Position numbers and translations under genes: made by a program. Positions 30,740 through 40,685 of a DNA stretch of 64,000 nt are shown piece by piece (position 1 is the first letter of the stretch; every line of letters begins with the position of its first letter). The stretch comes from Longimicrobiales bacterium (GTDB taxonomy: Bacteria; Gemmatimonadota; Gemmatimonadetes; Longimicrobiales; Gaopeijiaceae): positions 768,001 to 832,000 of the forward strand of contig OZ250165.1 of assembly GCA_965238005.1 (NCBI GenBank). Direction: 5' to 3'. A model generated the notes under the pieces. The model was not told the DNA's origin, did no database searches, and was given only the letters and a program-made list of their open reading frames with translations.

Positions 30740-30862
30740 CGGATCCTCCTGACAGGGAGAAGAGGGCGCGGGCGGGCGGACAGCAGTCTCGGCGATTGAT
30801 CAAACAGGTGAGTGATCCGGGACCAAGCGTTCCATCGTGGCGGATAGGCTAGATCGTCGCTT

Positions 30863-31837
30863 TCACTCGCACACGATCCCGTCCCCGTCAGCATCGCGCA
30901 TGTACTGATAGGCGGGATGACCGCGGGGCACCGGTGCAATCCCATGTGCGCGGGCCTCAGCGCAGGTGATCCGGCCGTTGCCGTTATCGTCGTACTGACT
31001 GAGCGCGTCTCCACCCCGGGTTACCGTCGAGGGTACCGGCACTTGGCGCGCGGTGCTGCCCCTGTCCGCACGGCCGTCCGTTTCGCACACGATGCCGTCC
31101 CCGTCAGCATCGCGCATGTACTGATAGGCGGGATGACCGCGGGGCACCGGCGCGATCCCGTGTGCGCGGGCCTCGGCGCAGGTGATCTGGCCGTTGCCGT
31201 TGTCATCCCATTGGGCGACCGCAGCGCTGTCCGTGCCGACGGCGTCAGGGGAGTCGCCAGCAGAGGCAGGTGGAACGGTGCCACGACCCACCACGACCAA
31301 GCTGGTCGAGGTGCAACCAGCCAGTACGCGCTCAAGGGTATCGGCTTCGCGCCGGTCGATGGTGAGCCGGTACTTTTGACGAACCGCGATGACGCGACCA
31401 GCGAACCAACAAGTGTTCTGATCGGGAAGCCAATCGGTGGCGTCGCGGGCACCCTTCTGGCTACGGTTCACTCCGGGAGCCGCCAGCGTCAGGTTGAGCA
31501 GGTCGGTTGCGAAGCGACGCCGGGTCGCCTCGTCTGCTGTGCAGAGGCCACTGTCGTGCGCCTCTGAGCGCGCGACCATGTGCTCGATGTCGGTCTCGAA
31601 CTGGCTGGCGAACCATCGGCCGGTGTAGGGACCATAGACACCGCCGAGTTCGGTGACGATCTGATCTTCTACAGACTGTGGGTACCGGTAGTCGTCCGCG
31701 TTGTAGGCAGAGCAGCGCTGCTCGGGCGCGACAACTAGGCCACGCCACAATGATCGTTGCTGTTGTGCCCGAGCCGATGGGGGCACACATAACACTGCCA
31801 GCGCAGCACTGAGTAGGCCAATGATCGCTCGTCGCAT
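30863..31837 (-). CDS. secreted HNH/DUF1524-like nuclease with two Excalibur Ca-binding repeats
   Basis: Signal peptide; DIEHMV...NLTL...N..K..RD...WLP; 2x DDNGNG.ITCAEARAHGIAPVPRGHPAYQYMRDADGDGIVCE. Confidence 0.8.
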   Translation of the reverse strand: MRRAIIGLLSAALAVLCVPPSARAQQQRSLWRGLVVAPEQRCSAYNADDYRYPQSVEDQIVTELGGVYGPYTGRWFASQFETDIEHMVARSEAHDSGLCTADEATRRRFATDLLNLTLAAPGVNRSQKGARDATDWLPDQNTCWFAGRVIAVRQKYRLTIDRREADTLERVLAGCTSTSLVVVGRGTVPPASAGDSPDAVGTDSAAVAQWDDNGNGQITCAEARAHGIAPVPRGHPAYQYMRDADGDGIVCETDGRADRGSTARQVPVPSTVTRGGDALSQYDDNGNGRITCAEARAHGIAPVPRGHPAYQYMRDADGDGIVCE

Positions 31838-32218
31838 ACGTGAGAGAGCTTTACTCTTTATGATGAGCCCTCCAGAAATGACCTGCCCCCAAGAGCGGAT
31901 TGGGGGTGGGTCAGAGGCAGCCTGCAGGAGCACGGGCCCTTCCAGCTTCTCCCATCTCGATCTAGGGTGAGAAACAGGCAATGGGGGCTGAACTACACGG
32001 CCAGGCCAAGTGGAACGGGAAGACGCTGTGAGGGTGAAGGGGTGGCCGCGTCGTCTGGTGGGCGCACACGGAGGGAGGGTGAGAACGAGCCATGTGGAAT
32101 AGTCCGATCCTGGCGAGTGTGCGATGGCGATCGACTCCTTCGACAAGCAGAGGTGCGAGTGCAGGTAGCAGGCGAACTGGAGTTACCCCGGTAACCTCAA
32201 ACCACAGGAGCAACAAGG

Positions 32219-32821
32219 GTGTCGTTTCTCAAGAAACTTTTCGGTGTCAAGAAGCCCGACAAATATGAGTATACAAGAGCCATGGCCGAGATGGCGGCGG
32301 AGTTAGAACGAACCCACTGTGGCATGGTCGATACATACAATGCGGATGTCGAATTAGGCCGTCTGTCCGCACCGTCGACTTCAGTCGCTAGCGTTCCGAC
32401 AGGGCGCGGTGTCTATAAGGCTCGCTTGTACGCGGCGTTATTCATGGTATATGCATACTCCAAGTCCGGCCACCCGCAGGCCGAAGTCAAGGAGATGATG
32501 AACGTAGCGACCGGCATTGCGTTGGAGCCGTTGGTCGGCGGGAAGGAACCACGTCTCGACCGTGACGAAGCAAAGTCCTTCACCATGGCGTATCTAATAC
32601 CGACCCTCGACGCAATAGTCGCGGCATTTGAGGCGGGCCCAGTGGTACCCGGACGGCTCGCGGAGGAACACATCACTCTCGCTGACCAATTGCATGATGC
32701 TCTAGCTGAGTCGATCGGTATCGACGGCTACACGCCAGAGGTTCGGGACCGGTTTGCCCATTTAATTCTGGGTAATGTGGCCTCGACCATGGCCCACGCG
32801 ATCAAATGGGTGGTTCGTTGA
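32219..32821 (+). CDS. hypothetical protein
   Basis: AGGAG RBS, GTG start, MSFLKKLFG amphipathic N-terminus, 200 aa. Confidence 0.65.
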   Translation: MSFLKKLFGVKKPDKYEYTRAMAEMAAELERTHCGMVDTYNADVELGRLSAPSTSVASVPTGRGVYKARLYAALFMVYAYSKSGHPQAEVKEMMNVATGIALEPLVGGKEPRLDRDEAKSFTMAYLIPTLDAIVAAFEAGPVVPGRLAEEHITLADQLHDALAESIGIDGYTPEVRDRFAHLILGNVASTMAHAIKWVVR

Positions 32822-32900
32822 TGCAACCAGGATAGTAGCGGCCGGCACGGCGGGCCCGAGGGAGACGGCCGGCGTCGCAAACACCATGGCCGGGCCTACT

Positions 32901-33147
32901 TGACCTGACCCCCTGAAACGAGACCAGGTGCAATGTTAGGATCGACCTGGTCTGAAGCTTTTCAGCGAGGAGGTCAGGATGGGAAGGAAGCGACACACTC
33001 CGGAGCAAATCATCACTGCACTGCGGGAGGCAGAGGTCGGTCTGGCCCGCGGCAAATCCGTGAAGCTGATCAGCCGGGAGCTCGGCATCACCGAGCAGAC
33101 GTACTACCGGTGGAGGCGGGAGTACGGCGGGATGAAGGTGAGCCAGG
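32901..33147 (+). mobile_element. IS3-family left end and partial orfA, interrupted by IS256
   Basis: Same element as 6077-6534; orfA MGRKRHTPEQ...GMKVSQ cut at the IS256 right end. Confidence 0.9.
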
Positions 33148-34523
33148 AGGTTGGGTCAATAGGTGTGTAAACGTATGAGGCGGCATTTTTCCGCTGTTGG
33201 GTTGAGACGGGCTTTCCGTCTTCGAACTTCCTTCCTTCAAACACGTCCTTGAGGAGGTGAGGAGCGTCGAGCCTTCGGAACCGCTTCTCGGCCACCAAGA
33301 GCAACTTCCAGATCAGCGCCGTAGCGCTCTCGACCCGCTTGAATCGCTTCGCCGCCGTCGTCCTGAGCCGTAGCGCAGCGAACGGGCTCTCGACCACGTT
33401 CGTCGTGCGTAGATGCTTCCAGTGATCCTCGGGGAAGTCGTAGAACGCCACCATCCGCTCCCAGTCGTCCTCGAGTACGTCCACCGCCTTCGGATACCAC
33501 GGCCTGTAGCGCCTGGCGAACACTTCGCGGGCCTTCACCGCCTTCGGCCCGGCTCGGTGCGTAGACCACGGCCCTGAGAAGATCCTTCGCCTCGCTCTGC
33601 TCCCGCTGCGGCAGCCGGTCCAGCACGTTCCTCATCTTGTGGTTCCAGCACCGTTGCTCGCCCGCCTCAGGCCATACCTGCCGTACTGCGCCCCAGATCG
33701 CCGCGTTACCGTCCGCCATCAGAAGCCGGGGCGCCTCGATGCCGCGTGCCTTCAGATCCCGCAACACCTCGGAGCAGGACTCGACCGACTCTCGGTAGCC
33801 CGATCTCAGGGCCAACACCTCCTTCGTACCGTCTCGCATCGCGCCCAGCACCACCAGCAGCGCCGCCTTGTCCCGCTCGAGCCCTGCCTTCACGTAGATC
33901 CCGTCCGCCCATACGTAGACGACCTCACGATCGGCCAGCGAGCGCTTTGACCATTCCTCGAACTCCGCCGTCCATCCCGCCCGCAGTCTCCGAATCGAAG
34001 ACTTCGACAGCGGTGCCCCCTCGCCCAGCAGTCCCCGCATCGCCAGCTCGAAGTCTCCCTCCGCCAGTCCGTGCAGATACAGCTCCGGAAGCAGAGCGCC
34101 CAGCTCCTTCGTCCGCCTCGCGAACAACGGCAGCACCCGACTCTCGAACCGCTCCTCGACGCCCCGAACCCGAGGGCGTCGGAGTGTGATCGTGCCCGAG
34201 CTCATCGCCAACCGCCGAGCCTTGCCATATCCGTTGCGCTAGCCCTCGGCCGAGTCCACCGTACTCCTGCGCTCTGACTTCTCCCGGCCTAACAACTCCG
34301 TGACTTCCTCCTCCATGATCTGTTGGATGAACTCCTGCGCCTTCTCCCTAACCATCCCCTCGAGCGTCTCCCACATCGGCCTGCTGGACGCACCCCGGGG
34401 TCCCGCGATATCCTCTCTCATGAGGCGACGTTCCTTTCCCCGGGCTGTCACCCGGGCTCGCTGGTTTAAATCTCAGCGCAAAGGTACGTCGCCTCTCTTT
34501 TTACACACCCTTTGATCCTAGCT
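33148..34523 (-). mobile_element. IS256-family element, copy 2 (nonsense codon plus frameshift)
   Basis: Highly similar to 8110-9485 in opposite orientation; TAC>TAG at 34239-34241 and an extra base near 33543. Confidence 0.92.
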
Positions 34524-34785
34524 GGGCTGGGTTGTCAAACACGGCTAATCTTTGGCACAGAATGCCTCAGGTGGACGCAGACAGTTAGCGGGACTCGAAC
34601 GATCGGCGTGAAAAGACGATGTTTGCGTTAGGTTTGCTGTAATTGGTTCCTCTGTTCTCTGTTCTTCCTGACAGACGGGCGGGAGTACGCCATATACGAT
34701 CACCGCATCGGCTATGTTCGGGAGAGTACCCGCTGACTGGAGACTAGAACTGGACGCATATCCAAACACTTAGCAGGACAACCAC

Positions 34786-36057
34786 GTGAACACAAATCTG
34801 TTGTCTGTCGCTTGGGAGTTCGTTGGCAATTACTGGCCCCACATCGCAGCAGTAGGTAGTAGCCCTGTTGTTTTTGCCCTGCTGCGCGGAGCTGTATTAG
34901 CCTATGTCCGTCGGCCTAAATCAACGACAAGTGAGGTCGGTCCGTACTTCACCGACAAGCAGCTCTTGTCTCCGCCTCTGACGAGGCCCGCATACAGCGA
35001 CAGAATGGCTTACATTCTCGCGGAGATGTCCGATCTAGCCTACTATCAGTTCGAAGGCCAAAGCGGTGTCGTCGACGATGCGGTGACACAAGTACTGTCA
35101 TTGGATCTGACGACGGACGCAAACGTACGCAATTTTCTGGACCAGTTTTCGACAGAGTTGATGAGCGGACGTCGCTTGAGCCTGACGTTCCTGAAACGCA
35201 TCCTTGGAAATTCCGAATTCTCGCTGCTGGACGTCATTAACGTCGGCGAAACTCAGGGGTTGGTATGCAAGAGGATCACGGAGGGCGAGTCGCCCTATCT
35301 GGTGCTTGCGTTCCGAGGCACTGAAAAAAAAGTGTCTGACTGGCTGACGGACGCGCAATGCGTTCCAACAGTAGAGGGGAAGGCTAAGGTCCACACGGGA
35401 TTCCTGGAAGCATTCACAAAGAAGAAGGATGCCGCGGGAAGGACCGTGAGACAGGTAGTCGAAGACATTCTCGACGGCCAGGATGCCAAGGACCAAGACG
35501 GAAATCGGCTTCCACTGTTCATCACGGGTCATTCACTTGGCGGCGCCCTGGCTTTGTTGGCAACCAGGCTGGTGGCCCCGAACATGGACGGAGCCTGCTA
35601 TACGTTCGGTGCCCCCAGAATCGGCAACTACGAATACTTTCGCTTCATCAAGACCCCGGTGTACCGGATCGTCAACTCCAGCGACATCGTTCCGAGAGTA
35701 CCGCCTGGGGCAGTCATGATTGCATTGAGATATATCGCTCGGGCAATTTCATCGCTGACCGATTCTATTCCAGGGGTTGCGTCCGTGTTTGACAAGATCG
35801 AGGAGTTCTTGGATAGGCTGAGCGGCTACAGACACTTTGGAGACCTGCGCTATCTAAGCGATGTTGCTGAAGGACGGTTCAAGGACGTACGGTTGCTAGA
35901 GAATCCGCCGGCTACCGATAGAGTAATGTGGGCGTTCAGGCGGATGGCGAAGAGTTTTTTTGTGCCTGTCAAGAGTCATAACATGAACATTTATCGCAGG
36001 AAACTCTTGAGCATTGCAAATGATCGAAATGAGGCGGCGGGTGCTGCCGGCGCGTGA
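34786..36057 (+). CDS. class 3 lipase (alpha/beta hydrolase) with N-terminal membrane segment
   Basis: VLAFRGTE, VHTGF, ITGHSLGGALA, YTFGAPRIG, DIVPRVPP, SHNM. Confidence 0.9.
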   Translation: MNTNLLSVAWEFVGNYWPHIAAVGSSPVVFALLRGAVLAYVRRPKSTTSEVGPYFTDKQLLSPPLTRPAYSDRMAYILAEMSDLAYYQFEGQSGVVDDAVTQVLSLDLTTDANVRNFLDQFSTELMSGRRLSLTFLKRILGNSEFSLLDVINVGETQGLVCKRITEGESPYLVLAFRGTEKKVSDWLTDAQCVPTVEGKAKVHTGFLEAFTKKKDAAGRTVRQVVEDILDGQDAKDQDGNRLPLFITGHSLGGALALLATRLVAPNMDGACYTFGAPRIGNYEYFRFIKTPVYRIVNSSDIVPRVPPGAVMIALRYIARAISSLTDSIPGVASVFDKIEEFLDRLSGYRHFGDLRYLSDVAEGRFKDVRLLENPPATDRVMWAFRRMAKSFFVPVKSHNMNIYRRKLLSIANDRNEAAGAAGA

Positions 36058-36112
36058 GTTCAGATCTGCGGAAGCTCTTGACGACGACCCTCTGGTCGCG
36101 GGTAACGCCTTT

Positions 36113-36440
36113 CTAGGCGGAAAACGTGTCGAGAATCTCGAAGAAGCGATCAGCGTAGACGTCGGTTCCACGACGGACGGTCGCATCGTTCACCCCAAAA
36201 AGCCAAACAAGGATCATCACGACATTTGCCGCATCGAGAGCGAGAGAAATGACCGGAACGAACTGATGCGAAGACGTGAGCCTGTATATCGAGAATCCAA
36301 GCGCGGTCGCGCAGATCGACGCAACCGACAAGCCGATCAACCTGATGCCGCACATGTTGCGACGAAAACCATAGTTGCAGTCCTCCTCGAACACGAGCGG
36401 ATATTTGGCCTTGTTCTTAGCATGACCCAGAAGAAGGACG
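36113..36440 (-). pseudogene. C-terminal fragment of a membrane protein (YPLVFEE..NYGFRRN)
   Basis: Two hydrophobic helices after YGFRRN; in-frame stop upstream and no proper start. Confidence 0.4.
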
Positions 36441-36512
36441 ACAACTGCGCTGAACTAGGCGTACGCCGCATCTCGATCGACCGCCTCACGGCGAAGTGCG
36501 ACGTCCCGCTCG

Positions 36513-37034
36513 TCAGTAGAAGACCGTCCAGGCCAGGGCACCCGTACTGAGCCAGAGGACCAGGGTCATCGGCAGCGCCGAGCTGACGGGCAAGTTGCGA
36601 AACATGTGCACAGGGACGAGGACCAGCAGCACGACCGACACGCTCAAGAGACGGATGGCTCGATCGAGGGGATCGGGAAAGACGCGCTCCATCGCAAGGA
36701 CAAGCACCAGCGTGACTGCGATCCAGAATGACAGGACATTGAGATTACGCGCGATCCTCAGGCCCCGCTCGACCTTGGTGAAGACAGCTGTCGTGAACAT
36801 CCAGACAAGGACAAGGATCAAACTGGAGCGACCGAACTCCAGTGTCGTGCGGCTTCCACCGTTGGCTAGAAGCCCTAGGCCTTCAAACCCGGCTAGCGAG
36901 GCTGAGACAAGCCCAGCTAGCGAGATTGAGGTGGCGGCGGCCTTCACCGAGGCCTTCAGGTCCTGTTCGAACGGTTGAGTGAACAGGCCGAGGAAGGCGT
37001 TCAGGACTGCTTGGACGGATTCGAACCTGGACAC
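36513..37034 (-). CDS. multi-pass membrane protein
   Basis: About 5 hydrophobic segments; GTG start 8 nt after the upstream stop. Confidence 0.6.
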   Translation of the reverse strand: MSRFESVQAVLNAFLGLFTQPFEQDLKASVKAAATSISLAGLVSASLAGFEGLGLLANGGSRTTLEFGRSSLILVLVWMFTTAVFTKVERGLRIARNLNVLSFWIAVTLVLVLAMERVFPDPLDRAIRLLSVSVVLLVLVPVHMFRNLPVSSALPMTLVLWLSTGALAWTVFY

Positions 37035-37042
37035 GGGTTTAG

Positions 37043-37792
37043 CTACCTGGCTTCGAATACGTACTGGTAAACACGTGGTCCGAGACCGTCGAGATCGCCG
37101 CTGTAGGAGACCGCGACGCGGAACTCGTCCTGTCCAGACGGAGCATAGGTCGTGAACGGTACCCACGACGTGACCGGCCGTTGTCCCGCAAGCACGAGCA
37201 GGCGCTCCGTACCGTAGGGAAGGAGAGTCAGGTCGGCTGCGGCACCAGACACCAGCTCGTAGCTCCTGCGGTTGGCCAGCCAGGCCGACGTGTCGTGCCA
37301 GTCGGTGAGGTCGCTCCACGGGGCGACGTCGGGATCGACCGGGAAACTGCGGTGAAACTCCCTGAAGGAGTCGTCAGGATTGGCGCCAGAGGCGTCCGCC
37401 GTGCGGCTCCAGTCGCCTAACAGCCTCCCGACGAACGGAATCTCGGCGGCCGCGCTGTTTCGGAACAGCCACAGCGGCTGGTCGTCGCGGTACTGGGTGC
37501 TGGCGTAGACGATTTGTCGGTTGATCTGCTGGTACGGCGGCGCCTCCCAGGCCAAACACAGATCCTGGAGTCCGCCCGTCTGGAGGACGTGTGCGGGAGC
37601 ACCGTCGTTTGGCGTGAAGAACTGCCAGCCTCTGTCGATCCTGATCGCAAGCCGGCTCTGCCCGGCGATCTCCCGGGGTAACTGGTCAACGTCGCAGGCG
37701 GACTGAGCCAGGGCCGGCATCGGGGCGGCGAGGGCCGCTAGCACGGCCACTGCGAAACAGGATGCGACGGCGGAGCGTTTGGCCATGGCCAT
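37043..37792 (-). CDS. secreted hypothetical protein
   Basis: GAGGAG RBS, signal peptide ending PALA-Q. Confidence 0.65.
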   Translation of the reverse strand: MAMAKRSAVASCFAVAVLAALAAPMPALAQSACDVDQLPREIAGQSRLAIRIDRGWQFFTPNDGAPAHVLQTGGLQDLCLAWEAPPYQQINRQIVYASTQYRDDQPLWLFRNSAAAEIPFVGRLLGDWSRTADASGANPDDSFREFHRSFPVDPDVAPWSDLTDWHDTSAWLANRRSYELVSGAAADLTLLPYGTERLLVLAGQRPVTSWVPFTTYAPSGQDEFRVAVSYSGDLDGLGPRVYQYVFEAR

Positions 37793-38008
37793 CGTGGTGC
37801 TCTCCTCGCGTGGCGCGAATACCGAGAACAGTGTTGCTAACATGGCAGCCTGGCGGGAAGGCTGTCGAGCGCCGATGAGAGCGCGGCGGGTCAGCGGATC
37901 GGTCCGGCCTCCGGGTGTCGACGCTCGCTGGCCAAGTACGCCGCCAGCCCGCCATGAGGCTACGTCGGCTCTCGAACCGGTCTCCGTGCCTATGCGCCCT
38001 TGACGGTC

Positions 38009-39088
38009 CTACGCGGGGACAGGTTCGACATCAGGAGGTTCCTCTACCCGCCGGTTTAACTCCTGAACCGAGATTCCGAGAAGTTCAGCGGCCTGGCCAT
38101 CGGAGATGGCGCCCTCCACGAGAGCGCGGTAGCATAATCGCTCGAACCGTCGGGGCGTCTGAGGCTTCATCGCATAGGGTTCCTCATAGGGAGGGCTGCG
38201 CCAGCCATGACGGGAGAACTCATCGAAGAGTGACCGGAACAGCGTGTTGCCGAAGATACCGAGGTCCTTACAGCGATACGTGAGTGCTTGGACGCTGACG
38301 CCGAATACCCGCTTCAGCTCAAACAGCTCACCCCAGCCGATGGAATTGCGGTGTCTGCCGATTTCGGCCCGCACCATTTCCGCAGGCATAAGGAAAGCTC
38401 CGGCAAAGCGGTGCGCGGCCTTTTCTTCGTTCACTTCGGGCGAGACATCCAGGACCATGTGACCGATCTCGTGTGCCACGGTAAAGCGCTGCCGCTCGCC
38501 CCAATCTCCTCGATTGAGGACGATCACAGAGACGGGGTCTCGGTTCTCCCGTCGCACCCGGGCGGTCAGACCATCGATGTCGGCCAGGTTCATCGTGAGT
38601 ACCTTGATCCCTCGCTCTTCTAGCAGCTCCATGAGGTTTGGGATTGGGTCGAGTCCCAGACCCCAGTGGATCCGGAGTCCAAGCGCAGCCTGCTCAACTT
38701 CGGACAGATCGCGTACGACAGGCCAAGATGCCTCTCTCGGCTTGTCCCAAGCGCCGCTACGGAGACCCAGCGTCTCCTCGACCGTGAGATAGCTTTCCAG
38801 CATGCGTAGAACGCTAGCTTCGACCCGCTGCTGCTCACGTCTGCTTGCAGGTCTCTTTTTCCGGAGTTCCACAGCCTCCAGAATCATGTCCCCATCTCCG
38901 ACCAGGTAGTCTACGGAGACATCGAGCGCTTCGGCGAGCCCGATGAGGACAGTCGAACTAGGCATCGACTCATTGCGTTCGTACTTGCTGATCGCCTGGG
39001 CCGTGACGAGGTTGTCGATTTTCGCCTCTAGGTCGCGTAGTGACAGACCTGAAGCCTGGCGGGATATCTTAAGTCGTTTTCCTATCAT
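38009..39088 (-). CDS. XRE HTH fused to ImmA/IrrE-type Zn metallopeptidase (CBASS-adjacent regulator)
   Basis: IGKRLK..R...GLSLRDL...AISKYERNESMP; RQRFTVAHEIGH; EKAAHRFAGAFLMP. Confidence 0.92.
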   Translation of the reverse strand: MIGKRLKISRQASGLSLRDLEAKIDNLVTAQAISKYERNESMPSSTVLIGLAEALDVSVDYLVGDGDMILEAVELRKKRPASRREQQRVEASVLRMLESYLTVEETLGLRSGAWDKPREASWPVVRDLSEVEQAALGLRIHWGLGLDPIPNLMELLEERGIKVLTMNLADIDGLTARVRRENRDPVSVIVLNRGDWGERQRFTVAHEIGHMVLDVSPEVNEEKAAHRFAGAFLMPAEMVRAEIGRHRNSIGWGELFELKRVFGVSVQALTYRCKDLGIFGNTLFRSLFDEFSRHGWRSPPYEEPYAMKPQTPRRFERLCYRALVEGAISDGQAAELLGISVQELNRRVEEPPDVEPVPA

Positions 39089-39150
39089 AGTTTATTCCGA
39101 TCAGATCGTCAGTTGACAATCTGATCTTGATGAATAAGTTTGTCAACTAC
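39089..39150. promoter_or_regulatory. overlapping divergent promoters with palindromic operator
   Basis: TTGACA at 39113-39118 (+) and 39141-39146 (-); inverted repeat GATCAGATCGTCA-GT-TGACAATCTGATC (39099-39126). Confidence 0.75.
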
Positions 39151-39193
39151 TCAATTCTGAGCGCCCGAACAGGCATGGTCCCAGGGATCTAGC

Positions 39194-40159
39194 ATGGCCC
39201 GAGTACACGTCGATCACAGCGAGATTGTCGGCTTCGCACAGGATAAGGTGAACCTGCCGCGGGACAAGTCCAGCGAGTACCGCGCCCAGGTGCGGCGACT
39301 GCGAGCGAAGCTCGAGGGCTACCTGAAGGACCACCCAGACTTTACCCTCAGGAAGATGCTGCTATCCGGCAGTCTCGCGAAGGGAACGGCCCTTCGGTCG
39401 CTCAACGACATTGACGTGGCCTGCTACATCAGCGGTGCGGACGTGCCCAGCGATGTAGCAGAGCTGTTGGGCTACCTCGCCGAGCGTCTCCGGAAGGCGT
39501 TTCCCAACTTCAGGCCCGATCAAGTTCAGCCACAGACCTACAGCGTGACCGTGTCGTTTCGGGGATCGGGTCTCGATGTCGACGTCGTGCCGATCCTCTA
39601 TGACGGCGACCCCGATTGGTACGGCAGTCTAGTCAGCCAGGAGGACGGCACCTATCTGCAGACGAGTATCCCGCTTCACCTCGAATTCACCCGCAAGAGG
39701 AAGAAGGCACAGGAGCAGAACTTCGCGCAGGTAGTGAGGTTGGTGAAGTTTTGGGCCGGGAACATCAAGCGCGAACATGAGGCATTCCGTTTCAAGTCCT
39801 TCATGATCGAGATGATCCTGTCGCGCCTTTGCGACCAGGGTCTTGATTTCGGAGATTATCCCGAAGCGCTGCAGCACTTCTTCACCTACGTCGCTCGGAG
39901 CGACATGCGGGAGAAGATCGTGTTCACCGACTACTACACGGCGTCTGAAGCAGGTCGGTTCTCGGAACCAGTGCAGATCATCGATCCCGTCAACACACAA
40001 AACAATGTAAGTCGGCTGTACACAGCAGCACAGGCGGATGCAATCGTGGATGCCGCCCTCGATGCCGGCGACGCCATTGACTCGGCGCTGGCCGCGCCAA
40101 CGAAAACAGAAACCGTCTATTACTGGCGAAGAGTCTTCGGATCTTCGTTTCAGGTGTGA
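39194..40159 (+). CDS. cdnC: CBASS CD-NTase, CdnC-like
   Basis: SGSLAKGTALRSLNDIDV, LDVDVVP, FKSFMIE, IIDPVN; 321 aa; closely resembles E. coli CdnC as I recall it. Confidence 0.93.
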   Translation: MARVHVDHSEIVGFAQDKVNLPRDKSSEYRAQVRRLRAKLEGYLKDHPDFTLRKMLLSGSLAKGTALRSLNDIDVACYISGADVPSDVAELLGYLAERLRKAFPNFRPDQVQPQTYSVTVSFRGSGLDVDVVPILYDGDPDWYGSLVSQEDGTYLQTSIPLHLEFTRKRKKAQEQNFAQVVRLVKFWAGNIKREHEAFRFKSFMIEMILSRLCDQGLDFGDYPEALQHFFTYVARSDMREKIVFTDYYTASEAGRFSEPVQIIDPVNTQNNVSRLYTAAQADAIVDAALDAGDAIDSALAAPTKTETVYYWRRVFGSSFQV

Positions 40160-40166
40160 GGAAGCT

Positions 40167-40685
40167 ATGAGCTACAGCCACACGGTTGCCAGTACGGTTG
40201 CGTTCACCCGTACACACGCAAGACATATGGTCGCGAAGGTCGCTACGGATCTGAAGCGAATGCAGAGGTTCTACGGTGAGCCGAGCGACTCGTGGATAGC
40301 TTGGTACGAGGAAGAGGTCATTGAGTTTCTCAAGGAGGGATACCTAGACACCGTAATGTATGGCTTTCATCTGAACGGGAACTGGGTGGAGCCGACGCTC
40401 TTCTACACCGCTCGCGACCTTGCTGGCAGTTTCGCGAACGATGACGACCCTGGGCGGATTCGTCCAGGAAGAGATATCACTGGAGCCACGTTCTACAGCT
40501 ACCTCACTTACAGTTGGACTTGGCACCTCTTGAATGCAACCGGGCAAGAAGAATTCATAAGGCGTCTTCCCTTCCAGCGAACCGGAGCTCTCCAACCAGG
40601 AGTTGCTGGCTACCTGAGAAAGGATCTGACTTATTCGTCCGGTGGCCGGGCGCTTGATCGAGCAATCGTGAGGAGTTGGCGGTGA
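40167..40685 (+). CDS. cap7: CBASS HORMA domain protein
   Basis: THARHM.AKVATDLKRMQRFYG.P...DDDPG.IRPG...TYS.GGR.L; GAGG RBS; directly follows the CD-NTase. Confidence 0.9.
   Translation: MSYSHTVASTVAFTRTHARHMVAKVATDLKRMQRFYGEPSDSWIAWYEEEVIEFLKEGYLDTVMYGFHLNGNWVEPTLFYTARDLAGSFANDDDPGRIRPGRDITGATFYSYLTYSWTWHLLNATGQEEFIRRLPFQRTGALQPGVAGYLRKDLTYSSGGRALDRAIVRSWR

Noticed and set aside
32040..32200. Possible group II intron domain V (GAGCCATGTG...)
   Set aside because: No GNRA-capped domain V hairpin and no reverse transcriptase
8110..34523. Composite transposon bounded by the two inverted IS256 copies
   Set aside because: No shared target duplication, the copies have diverged and both transposases are broken
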